Source of the DNA: a virus
Taxonomy: Duplodnaviria > Caudoviricetes
Length of the DNA stretch: 64,000 nucleotides
IMG/VR virus record: IMGVR_UViG_2706796350_000001
Span: 19,325 to 83,324 of that record
Reading direction: 5' to 3' (one strand)
The notes beneath the pieces are model-generated. The model did not search any database and was not told the origin of the DNA. It was given only the letters and a program-made list of their open reading frames with translations. This document shows, one piece after another, positions 46,629-54,505 of the stretch (the stretch's first letter is position 1; the number at the start of each line of letters is the position of its first letter). Both the position numbers and the translations under genes were made by a program.

Positions 46629-47792
46629 ATGGCAAGCAAGGCAGAGCAGCTTCGGAACATGGTAAACACAACACTGAAGAGCGATGCACTCGTCAGCGGC
46701 AACCACAACCGATTCAAGACGACCTATACGTCGACCGGCGTTCTCCCGTTCGACATCCTGTGGCACGGCGGAATCCCCCGAGGCCGGTTCGTGGAAATCT
46801 ATGGCGACTGGTCGACGCTGAAAAGTTACGTGGCCCTCATGTCGATCGCTAGCTTCCAGCGAGAGGGGAAGATCGCCGCGTTGATCGATACAGAGCATTC
46901 GTTCGATAGTGATTGGGCACAGTCGTGCGGGGTGAACCTCAACGACCTGATCCTGTTGCAGCCAACTTCGGGAGAAATCGCAATGGATCATGCGGAAACG
47001 TTGATCCGTGGTGAGTGCGACCTGATCGTGTTCGATTCGGTTGCAGCGATGACCCCGCAGGCCGAGCAGTCGAAACGATTGGCCGGTGAGAACGTCCAGC
47101 CTGCTCGTATCGCCCAACTCATGTCAGCAGCGTTGCGTCGTCTGATGACCGCCAATACCGACTGCTCAATGATCTGGATCAACCAGTTGCGTGTGAATGT
47201 CGGCGTCACGTTCGGCTCCAACGAGGCACTGCCGGGTGGCAAAGCACTGCCGTACTACGCGAGCTTCAGGACTTCGGTTCGTAAGACCGGCAAACTCACA
47301 ATCCCGCACAAGACATTCGATGGCGAGAAGTGGGTCGACACCAAGAAACAGGTCGGGCAAAAGTTCAAGGCCGAGTTGGTCAAGTCGAAGTTGTCGCGAC
47401 CGTTCACGGAAGAGCACTTCATCTGGTCGCTGGAATCGGGCGCGCTCGATCTTGTCGGCTACCTCATTTCAAAGGGGATCGAAGCCGGTCTCGTCACTCA
47501 GAAGGGCAACACATGGTCTTACGGAAGTCACAAAGCAGTCGGTCGCGAGAAGTTCCGCCTACTGATCACGAACGATCCGAAGATCGCCCTAGACCTCGAA
47601 AACGACGTGCGCGACCATCACGGAATCCCGCGAGTCAAGAAGACGACCGCACGGGAACAGGTCACAACGAAGGTAGGGGAGTCGATGCAGCCGAAGAAGG
47701 TAGTGGCAGCCAAACGATCCCCGTTCCCTGGAAATCGAGAAGCCCCCAAGAAGAAGGTAGGCGCTCAGAAAAAGCAGTTGCGAAAAAGGTAG
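46629..47792 (+). CDS. recA: RecA/UvsX-like recombinase
   Basis: STG...D....GGIPRGRFVEIYG, IDTEH, FDSVAAM, INQLR, GG.AL.YYAS.R; Walker A is GDWSTLKS. Confidence 0.93.
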   Translation: MASKAEQLRNMVNTTLKSDALVSGNHNRFKTTYTSTGVLPFDILWHGGIPRGRFVEIYGDWSTLKSYVALMSIASFQREGKIAALIDTEHSFDSDWAQSCGVNLNDLILLQPTSGEIAMDHAETLIRGECDLIVFDSVAAMTPQAEQSKRLAGENVQPARIAQLMSAALRRLMTANTDCSMIWINQLRVNVGVTFGSNEALPGGKALPYYASFRTSVRKTGKLTIPHKTFDGEKWVDTKKQVGQKFKAELVKSKLSRPFTEEHFIWSLESGALDLVGYLISKGIEAGLVTQKGNTWSYGSHKAVGREKFRLLITNDPKIALDLENDVRDHHGIPRVKKTTAREQVTTKVGESMQPKKVVAAKRSPFPGNREAPKKKVGAQKKQLRKR

Positions 47793-48025
47793 GAGCAAGG
47801 CTCCATCCAAACAGCGGAGCAGGAAAGATTAAGTGGGATGCCTCTAACGAAGAAGCGATCTATGAGTTCAAAAAAGCCAGCAAGTCGCATACGCTCGTTG
47901 GCCGGTATCTCGAAAGTCTCTTCATCACAGCAGCTCGTCAAGGCAAAGAAGCGCGCTATGTCGTTACCTTTGAGGAAGCGGGAATCACGGTCGAGTGCGT
48001 TATACGACGAACAGGTAATAGTTAG
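47513..48025 (+). CDS. Hjc-like PD-(D/E)xK Holliday junction resolvase; start codon unclear
   Basis: GRRSEKAVAKK.GAR.HPNSGA.KIK.D.....YEFK; nearest in-frame ATG/GTG/TTG is 47513, deep inside recA. Confidence 0.7.
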   Translation: MVLRKSQSSRSREVPPTDHERSEDRPRPRKRRARPSRNPASQEDDRTGTGHNEGRGVDAAEEGSGSQTIPVPWKSRSPQEEGRRSEKAVAKKVGARLHPNSGAGKIKWDASNEEAIYEFKKASKSHTLVGRYLESLFITAARQGKEARYVVTFEEAGITVECVIRRTGNS

Positions 48026-48392
48026 GTTGCTGCAACGATCCGAGGTAGACGGCGATTGTTTAATATTGCCAAGTTCTATAAATGATAACGGATACGCGAC
48101 TTGCTCTTATCATCGTAAGACTTGGTCGGTGCATCGGCTGTCTTACACGTTGTTCGTTGGAGCTATACCTGATGGGTTGCACATCGACCACTTAAAAGGC
48201 GTTTGCAGTAATCGCAATTGCTGGGCACCGTCTCATCTAGAAGCAGTTACGCAAACCGAGAACAACAACAGGACACGTAGGGACCGTTGTAAGAGTGGGC
48301 ACTTGTTGACTGATGACAACTTGATAGTCGAGAAGGGCGGTAACCGCAGGTGCAAAACATGTCGTACTAAATGGCAAAAGAGCTACAAGTAG
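47958..48392 (+). mobile_element. Free-standing HNH endonuclease
   Basis: DCLI...NGYA, VHRLSY, IDHL...C.NRNCW.PSHLEAVT..EN, CKSGH...RRCKTC; start uncertain. Confidence 0.88.
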
Positions 48393-48410
48393 TTATCTGA
48401 AAGGAGAGGG

Positions 48411-48557
48411 ATGATGGGCGAATACACATGTTTCAACTGCCGTAAAGGCATCGACTGGGATCAATACTCAGAAGAGTGGTTCCACCTGGAATCGGAGCAG
48501 AGCGCGTGCAACTCCGACGACAGCCCCGGCACATCAGCGGAGCCGGATCGTGACTAG
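48411..48557 (+). CDS. Small Cys-containing protein (not in ORF track)
   Basis: SD GAAAGGAG; MMGEYTCFNC...WFH...C, 48 aa. Confidence 0.55.
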   Translation: MMGEYTCFNCRKGIDWDQYSEEWFHLESEQSACNSDDSPGTSAEPDRD

Positions 48558-48861
48558 CGACGATCCACAGCTCGATCTGAACGTGCTGCCAACGGTCCAC
48601 GAAGTGTTCCGTGCAGCACACGAGCGACGCGAATGGACGCGGTTGCATTCACATCGTATGGAGATGTTGCTGACCCGTGTTCGCTATCTACGCAACGCCG
48701 AGTACGATCCTGCACTCGCCAAGCGCGTTGATGAGTTCACAAAAGGGTACAGCAAGATGTACAAGAGCGAGCTGATACGTGTGATCTTGTACGCGGAGTG
48801 GGAGATCGAGCACTTCGAGAAAACTGGAAAGGTGACCATCGGTCACTGGAAAGAGAAATGA
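48550..48861 (+). CDS. Hypothetical protein
   Basis: 103 aa, coupled. Confidence 0.6.
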   Translation: MTSDDPQLDLNVLPTVHEVFRAAHERREWTRLHSHRMEMLLTRVRYLRNAEYDPALAKRVDEFTKGYSKMYKSELIRVILYAEWEIEHFEKTGKVTIGHWKEK

Positions 48862-49130
48862 TCATGACCCTTCAGGACTTCGTTCACGTACTGATCTTCA
48901 TCGTGATGTTGCTGCTCGGTGCCGCGTTGTTGTGCGCACTCGGGACTTGCATCTATGTGGCGCGACTTCGGTGGCCCGAGACCAAGCGCAACAACAAAAT
49001 GGGTGAGAGTGCCAAGTCAGACGTTCGTTTGATGGCCGTCTGCTCAGTGATCTTCGCCTTCGCGTTGGGTGTAGTCGTGTGGCTACTCGGTCAGGCTGTA
49101 CAAGACTGGGGAGTATTCGGATGGGCATAA
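48858..49130 (+). CDS. 2-TM membrane protein
   Basis: Two hydrophobic helices; ATGA coupling. Confidence 0.65.
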   Translation: MIMTLQDFVHVLIFIVMLLLGAALLCALGTCIYVARLRWPETKRNNKMGESAKSDVRLMAVCSVIFAFALGVVVWLLGQAVQDWGVFGWA

Positions 49131-49948
49131 GTATTGCCAAGTTGGTCAAAGAGGCGAAGAAGGTCGACACCATCGTCACGCGCCCGATCACCGACTGGTT
49201 GCTCACGCACGGCGATGACGCGTTTTCTCCCGAAGTGGTCACCTACATTGCCGACCAGCTACAAACTCAGCCACGTGTCCGTACAGGGTCGTTTTCGGGT
49301 GCCGCTGCGGGCATGTGTCTGCGTCGTCAGGAGCTTGCGTTCGCCGGAGTGCCGGGTGAACCCATCGACCCACAGCTCAGGAACATCTTCAACGACGGTA
49401 AGTGGAGACACCTACGGTGGCAGGCGATGTTGCTCGAAACGGGAATCATCACTGACCCCGAGTACCTGGTGCAGTGGCCTAAGTTCCTTTCACGCGGATC
49501 GTTGGATGCACGCGGTGAGGTGCCGATGGACCATCACAAGCCGACGTGGCGGGGCAAAGAGTTCGGCTTTGAACTGAAAGGTGTGTCGACGTTCCAGTAC
49601 GGGGAGTTGAAGAAGAACGGCCCGATGGACAAGCACATGAGGCAGATTCACCACTACTTCGTCCTTGGCAACTTCGATCTGTTCAGCATCGTCTACGAGG
49701 ACAAGACGACGCAGGATTGGATCGAGTGGGTAGTCGAGCCGGATCGTAAGTTGTTGATCGAGGCCGAGAACGACATGCGTGAACTCGCAAAGGCAGTCAA
49801 GAGCCGAAAGCTCCACGGTATGCAACCCGCATGTATCAAGCGCAAGGGGATCGAGTTCAACGATTGCCCGTTCGGTGGTGCGCGTGGGGAGTGTGTCAAG
49901 GCACTTACCAAGTTACCGAAGGGGTTCTCATGGCCGAAGGCAGCGTGA
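49121..49948 (+). CDS. Cas4-family / PD-(D/E)xK exonuclease
   Basis: FSG...GMCLR, F.DG...H..WQ, G.LD, FELK, Q...Y, and C-terminal C...C...C cluster. Confidence 0.85.
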   Translation: MGISIAKLVKEAKKVDTIVTRPITDWLLTHGDDAFSPEVVTYIADQLQTQPRVRTGSFSGAAAGMCLRRQELAFAGVPGEPIDPQLRNIFNDGKWRHLRWQAMLLETGIITDPEYLVQWPKFLSRGSLDARGEVPMDHHKPTWRGKEFGFELKGVSTFQYGELKKNGPMDKHMRQIHHYFVLGNFDLFSIVYEDKTTQDWIEWVVEPDRKLLIEAENDMRELAKAVKSRKLHGMQPACIKRKGIEFNDCPFGGARGECVKALTKLPKGFSWPKAA

Positions 49949-49953
49949 TCTGA

Positions 49954-50118
49954 ATGACTCTGTTCTGGTTGGTAGTTGGATCGATCTTGGTGCACTCGGC
50001 ACTCTACGTGTTCCTGTTGCGGTCCCAAGAGAAGAACGCACTGATGTACCGATGGTTCGAGCGGGTGTTTGAGCGTATTGCCAAAACCTTGTTCGGCTGG
50101 ATAGATAGGGAGGGGTAA
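49954..50118 (+). CDS. Small membrane protein (not in ORF track)
   Basis: MTLFWLVVGSILVHSALYVFLL, 54 aa. Confidence 0.5.
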   Translation: MTLFWLVVGSILVHSALYVFLLRSQEKNALMYRWFERVFERIAKTLFGWIDREG

Positions 50119-50555
50119 TGGCAGGTAAGCATCTGCCGCACGCTCGCAAGGTCGGTAAGAAACCAGCGGGCGACGCGGTGAAGAAGAAGCTCAGGGCGAT
50201 TCGTCTTGGCGACGGTATGCCGTCGTTGCCGGAGATGGAAAACGAACTGATTGACATGACCAACGTTCTCTTGGGTCGGGACACACCGCCGGTCGGTGGT
50301 CTGATGAGTCTCATGGAGACCGCAGATGTGTACTACGCACGTGCAGCAGAGATGACGATGTTGTTGCAAGCCGCAGAGCGTAAGGGAACGGTCACGCGTG
50401 GTTCGGCGCACTACAAGTTCAGGACTGGTGAGCTGCGCACGTTCTTGGAAATGGCTAAGCGTGCGTCGGAGTTGGGCAGTCGACGGATCACGTTCGAGCA
50501 GATGCGGAGCGAGGCAGAGCGCAATGGGCGAGACTCCCGAAATTACCCCGATTGA
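50118..50555 (+). CDS. Conserved-type hypothetical protein
   Basis: SD GGGAGG; 145 aa, helical. Confidence 0.7.
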   Translation: MAGKHLPHARKVGKKPAGDAVKKKLRAIRLGDGMPSLPEMENELIDMTNVLLGRDTPPVGGLMSLMETADVYYARAAEMTMLLQAAERKGTVTRGSAHYKFRTGELRTFLEMAKRASELGSRRITFEQMRSEAERNGRDSRNYPD

Positions 50556-51234
50556 GATTAGCTTGGAAGAACTTGCCGAACTCGAAAAGGCAGGGGCCGA
50601 TCCCGTAACCCTACAAAGGGGTATGGCGTCACTCAGCGAAGCGATGGCCGAACTGCCTTCGATGATCGAGAGAGCGGCTAAGTCAATCGGGAGCATGAAC
50701 CGCAGTGTGTCTCGGTTAGCACAAAAGACACACCGAAGCCGTATCCAGAGGGTTAATGGTTTCGCGATGGACGAAGACTCACTACTAGCAAGGAGAACCG
50801 GAATGGGAAATCGAGTAATCAAGGCTAAGAAGGCGAAGGGTTTGGGGGACTCGGTGCGTAGCCGGGAACCCCGGTTCATGTGCCCCGATCACCGCGAGCG
50901 TCTGGTGTTCTCGAAGCTGAACCAGGTATGGGAGTGCCCGTCGCCGGGGTGCAACAAGCGCAAGCTCCCGTCGATGGACCGCACCGACACCACGATCATC
51001 AAGTCGGCACCTCGGGTCGTCGGTCGGCAGGACGAGGACGGTGACATCCATTGGTATCTCAACTTCATGGAAGAGAACATCATGGTGGAGCTTCCCTTCC
51101 AGTCAACGGGAGCCACCGCAGAGGGGTCTAGCGTGAGCGTCACGTACACAACGGACGATCAAGCAGTGTTCGGACCCAAGGGCGAGAAGATCGACTTGGG
51201 GCAGCTTTCAGAGCCGGAACCCGATACCATCTGA
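50524..51234 (+). CDS. Hypothetical protein with Zn ribbon
   Basis: CPDH...WECPSPGC; start ATG 50524. Confidence 0.6.
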   Translation: MGETPEITPIEISLEELAELEKAGADPVTLQRGMASLSEAMAELPSMIERAAKSIGSMNRSVSRLAQKTHRSRIQRVNGFAMDEDSLLARRTGMGNRVIKAKKAKGLGDSVRSREPRFMCPDHRERLVFSKLNQVWECPSPGCNKRKLPSMDRTDTTIIKSAPRVVGRQDEDGDIHWYLNFMEENIMVELPFQSTGATAEGSSVSVTYTTDDQAVFGPKGEKIDLGQLSEPEPDTI

Positions 51235-51238
51235 TCTC

Positions 51239-51829
51239 ATGGCCGAACAGATCATCATCGGGATTGACCCCAGCTCAGTGAAGATAGCGTTGGTTGTCAC
51301 ATACGGGAGCGATACCTCCCGTGTGGACGCCAATATTTACAAACTTCGCAAAGAGCAGGACTTCGCACTACGTTGCGGGTTCGCGTACAAGACCGTGAGC
51401 CGGGAACTGAAGCGACTTGCCGCGAGGCACCCCGATGCTGAACTGTTCGCGTTCATCGAAGAGCCAGTGGTGGGCCGTGGTGGTGCCTATTCGACCATCT
51501 CGCAGTCGAAAGTCCACGGTGCCATCATCGCCGCCTGTTACTGCTCTGGCGTCGTCGTGAAGACGAGCGGGGTCAACAACGCCACGGCCAAGAAACAGAT
51601 CGTCGGAGCAGGTAACGCATCCAAGACCGACATTCGGAGGTGGGCAAAGGTTTACTGGGGCAACCTTGAAGAGCAGATCGTGAAGTTCAACAAGGGAGAC
51701 CAGCAGGACATCGCAGACGCCGGGATGATCAACCGGTATGGATGGAAAGTCGTCCAGACTCAGAACAAGTTGGCACGTTACAAAAACAAGCGGAGCGTGA
51801 AGCGCCGCAGGATCACACGAAAGGTGTAG
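51239..51829 (+). CDS. ruvC: RuvC-like Holliday junction resolvase
   Basis: IIIGIDP, FIEEP, AKK.IVG.GNASK, DIADA. Confidence 0.88.
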   Translation: MAEQIIIGIDPSSVKIALVVTYGSDTSRVDANIYKLRKEQDFALRCGFAYKTVSRELKRLAARHPDAELFAFIEEPVVGRGGAYSTISQSKVHGAIIAACYCSGVVVKTSGVNNATAKKQIVGAGNASKTDIRRWAKVYWGNLEEQIVKFNKGDQQDIADAGMINRYGWKVVQTQNKLARYKNKRSVKRRRITRKV

Positions 51830-51833
51830 AGAA

Positions 51834-53396
51834 GTGACCACAGCTAAGAAGCCGCCGCTCCGCAAGAAGAAGCCGAAGGCCATCTCGGTCATCGAGACAA
51901 AGCCGATCCAGATGGCAGAGTTGCAGATGTACCACAAGAATCCGCGAATCGGCAATGTCAATGCCATCGCCGCGTCTTTGGAAGAGTCCGGCCAGTTCAA
52001 GCCGATCGTGGTGAACATCGGCACGCACACCAGCCGTAAGAACGAGATTCTGGCCGGTAACCATACCTTCATGGGGATGAAGAAGCTCGGTGAGAAACTG
52101 ATCTACGCATCGTTCGTGGACGTGGATGAGCAACAGGCGACAAAGATCGTCCTGGCCGACAATAAAGTGGCGGACCTCGGTACCTACGATGAGAAGATCA
52201 TCGCGGACCTGTTCGAGTCCCTTCCTGACATCGCCGGTACGGGTTACTCGCAGGAAGAGTTCGAGGACATCATGTCCAGTGTCTCTGTCGACATTTCCGA
52301 TTCCTCAAAGTACGACTCCAATGTCGATGTGGACAACCTCATCGGTGGCATCAGCATGGAGAACGAGGAGCAGGAACGTCGCGAAGACACGATGACGGAT
52401 CGTGAGCGGTACAAGGCCGAGCGCGAGTCGGACGACGACGGCGAAGAGGAACGGTCCACTCGCATCACGGCATCCGACGACACTGACGAAGAGCTGTCAG
52501 TGGACGCAGACGAGCAGCAGATCGACAAGCTCGCGGAACTTCAGGTCGTTCTCGAAATGAAAGAGGACAACGTTTGGAAGAACCCAAACGACTTTTACGG
52601 TATCCCCCGTATCCCCGAACGATCGATCCTCAAACAGTTCCCCAAGGACATCGTGACGTGGATCGGTCACCAGTACACCGAGCAGAAGCCGGGACGCCAC
52701 TACCTGTACAACTACTCGCTGGGCGGCACCAAGAATCTCGACTTCAGCAAGACGATCCTCGCGTTCAACACCTACGACACCAAGTTCATCTCGTGGTGGG
52801 AGACCCCGGCGTACAACTTGGCCCGTCTCATGGTGAAGGGACTCACGACTGCCGTGGTCCCCGACTTCAGCTACTACTACACCGAGGCGCGAATCCATCA
52901 CCTGTGGGGTGTGTACCGAGCGAACTGGTTGGGCCGATTCTTCGCAGAGGCCGGTCTTCAGGTCGTCCCGCGTCTTCAGTGGGACTTCCGTGATCCCGAG
53001 TTCATGGAGACCGCACTGCCGGGTGTCCCGCTCAACACACCGACCCTCGAATGTTCCATTCAGAACATCAACGAAGAAGAGGACCGCAAGAAGGCGGCGA
53101 AGCAACTTCGCGACCTGTTGGAGCACATCAAGCCCGAGCAGTTCATGGTCTACGGCGGCAACCCTGCACGCCGTCTCGTGGAGGAAAGCGGGTGGAAGGG
53201 CGAAGTGCTCCACGTGCTCTCATACGCCAATGCACGGCGTGAATCCGGTGCTTACGACCGCAAGGAGGGCAAGGCATCGTTGACCGCCAAGCAGAAGAAG
53301 GAGCTGCGCGAGAAGTACGGTGCCAAGGAGTCTTCGGTTCGCGAAGACGGGGAAGATGTCGACGAGAACGAATACATCGACGAGGACGACATCTAG
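51834..53396 (+). CDS. ParB-like N-terminal domain + acidic linker + DUF4417-like domain
   Basis: Y.KNPR..NV.AIA.SL...GQ.KPIV, ILAGNH, ADN; C-terminal D..F..WW..P, PDFSYY, W.VYR..W.G, VVP.L.W. Confidence 0.8.
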   Translation: MTTAKKPPLRKKKPKAISVIETKPIQMAELQMYHKNPRIGNVNAIAASLEESGQFKPIVVNIGTHTSRKNEILAGNHTFMGMKKLGEKLIYASFVDVDEQQATKIVLADNKVADLGTYDEKIIADLFESLPDIAGTGYSQEEFEDIMSSVSVDISDSSKYDSNVDVDNLIGGISMENEEQERREDTMTDRERYKAERESDDDGEEERSTRITASDDTDEELSVDADEQQIDKLAELQVVLEMKEDNVWKNPNDFYGIPRIPERSILKQFPKDIVTWIGHQYTEQKPGRHYLYNYSLGGTKNLDFSKTILAFNTYDTKFISWWETPAYNLARLMVKGLTTAVVPDFSYYYTEARIHHLWGVYRANWLGRFFAEAGLQVVPRLQWDFRDPEFMETALPGVPLNTPTLECSIQNINEEEDRKKAAKQLRDLLEHIKPEQFMVYGGNPARRLVEESGWKGEVLHVLSYANARRESGAYDRKEGKASLTAKQKKELREKYGAKESSVREDGEDVDENEYIDEDDI

Positions 53397-53418
53397 AGTT
53401 TGGTACGTTGCGAATGCA

Positions 53419-53438
53419 CCACACATGTGAATGTGTGG
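53419..53438. promoter_or_regulatory. 20-bp palindrome (operator or hairpin) upstream of the histone-like gene
   Basis: CCACACAT-gtga-ATGTGTGG. Confidence 0.5.
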
Positions 53439-53534
53439 CACAATCGCCAGTACGTGTTCAACACGAGGGTCGGATCACCGTAATGAACGAGCGTTGCGGG
53501 TCCGGTTCCAACCAACACAGTGAAGGAGATGGAC

Positions 53535-53882
53535 ATGCTGAACGACGTTCTCAGCATCGAGGTCGATCCGACCAACACCGACGACGACATCACCGTCGAG
53601 GGCGCGGGTAACGGCACCGGTGGCGGCGGCGGTCGCAAGGGCGGCGGCTCCAAAAAGCGTTCTGCCAAGAAGGGCCGAAGCTCGAAGAAGACGTCTCGTA
53701 AGGGCGCTCCCGCCAAGAAGGGTCGCAGCTCGAAGAAGTCGACCGCTACCAAGCGTGGTCGTGGGGCACCGGCCAAGAAGGGACGTGGCGCTCCCGCGAA
53801 GAAGGCAGCCACCAAGCGTGGCGCTCCGGCCAAGAAGACGGCACGTAAGCAGCCTCCGGCCAAGAAGCGTCGTAACGGGTAA
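53535..53882 (+). CDS. Histone-H1-like basic protein with acidic leader and Gly linker
   Basis: SD AAGGAG 6 nt before ATG 53535; five PAKK repeats, RGRG motifs. Confidence 0.85.
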   Translation: MLNDVLSIEVDPTNTDDDITVEGAGNGTGGGGGRKGGGSKKRSAKKGRSSKKTSRKGAPAKKGRSSKKSTATKRGRGAPAKKGRGAPAKKAATKRGAPAKKTARKQPPAKKRRNG

Positions 53883-53931
53883 CCGAGGTCGCCCCGTCTA
53901 GGTGACGGGCATCCGGCGCACAACAGCAGCA

Positions 53932-53970
53932 AGGCCCCGCCCTCACTCATAGGGGGCGGGGTTTTGTTGT
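53932..53970 (+). terminator. Rho-independent terminator
   Basis: AGGCCCCGCCC / GGGCGGGGTTT stem followed by TGTTGTT. Confidence 0.8.
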
Positions 53971-53995
53971 TCTTGTAAACGATCAAGGAGAGGTC

Positions 53996-54478
53996 ATGTT
54001 CATCGAACACGTGCCGGTCGACGAAGTTCACGAGCGCTGTGGCTTGTTCCTGAAGACGCCGGGAATCACGACGGTCCCGCATACAGAGGCAGTTCGCCCC
54101 ATTCACTACGTCGGTGAGGTCATTGAGTTGCCCAACCGGGCTGATGACACGTTAGACAACTTTGTAATACATCAGAGTGATGTCGACAAGGCGCTGAAGT
54201 GGGTAGGTCGGACCCATGAGGAAGTGCTTGGGTTCTGGCACACACACCCGAGCGGATCGTTGCGTCATCCATCCCAGGCAGACCTAGACAGCGTTTCTCT
54301 CGGAGACAAGGCGTGGTGGCATTGCGTTTTCATCTGTGAGACAGGCACGATGTCTTGGTACGACTACTACGAGAACCAACATGACTTCAAGGACAGTTGG
54401 GGAGACGATGTTCCCTGGCGTCTGGTGAAGTTGCGGAAGAAGAAGTTCCTCCGCAAGAGGGCGTATAGCACCGCCTAG
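53996..54478 (+). CDS. JAB/MPN+ (Mov34) metalloprotease domain protein
   Basis: ERCG, LGFWHTHP.....PSQAD JAMM motif; SD AAGGAGAGG. Confidence 0.88.
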   Translation: MFIEHVPVDEVHERCGLFLKTPGITTVPHTEAVRPIHYVGEVIELPNRADDTLDNFVIHQSDVDKALKWVGRTHEEVLGFWHTHPSGSLRHPSQADLDSVSLGDKAWWHCVFICETGTMSWYDYYENQHDFKDSWGDDVPWRLVKLRKKKFLRKRAYSTA

Positions 54479-54505
54479 CAATAACCGAAATAGGAGATCA
54501 CAGAA

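Noticed and set aside
41899-47792. Inteins or introns in dnaE and recA (also dnaB)
   Set aside because: Lengths are normal or short, with no C/S...HN splice motifs or LAGLIDADG blocks
49121-49948. Cas4 as part of a CRISPR or anti-CRISPR system
   Set aside because: Solo Cas4-like exonucleases are common in phage recombination modules; no cas genes or array present
53408-53444. SigA promoter TTGCGA...CACAAT upstream of the histone-like gene
   Set aside because: Spacing is about 25 nt, too long; only the palindrome is reported
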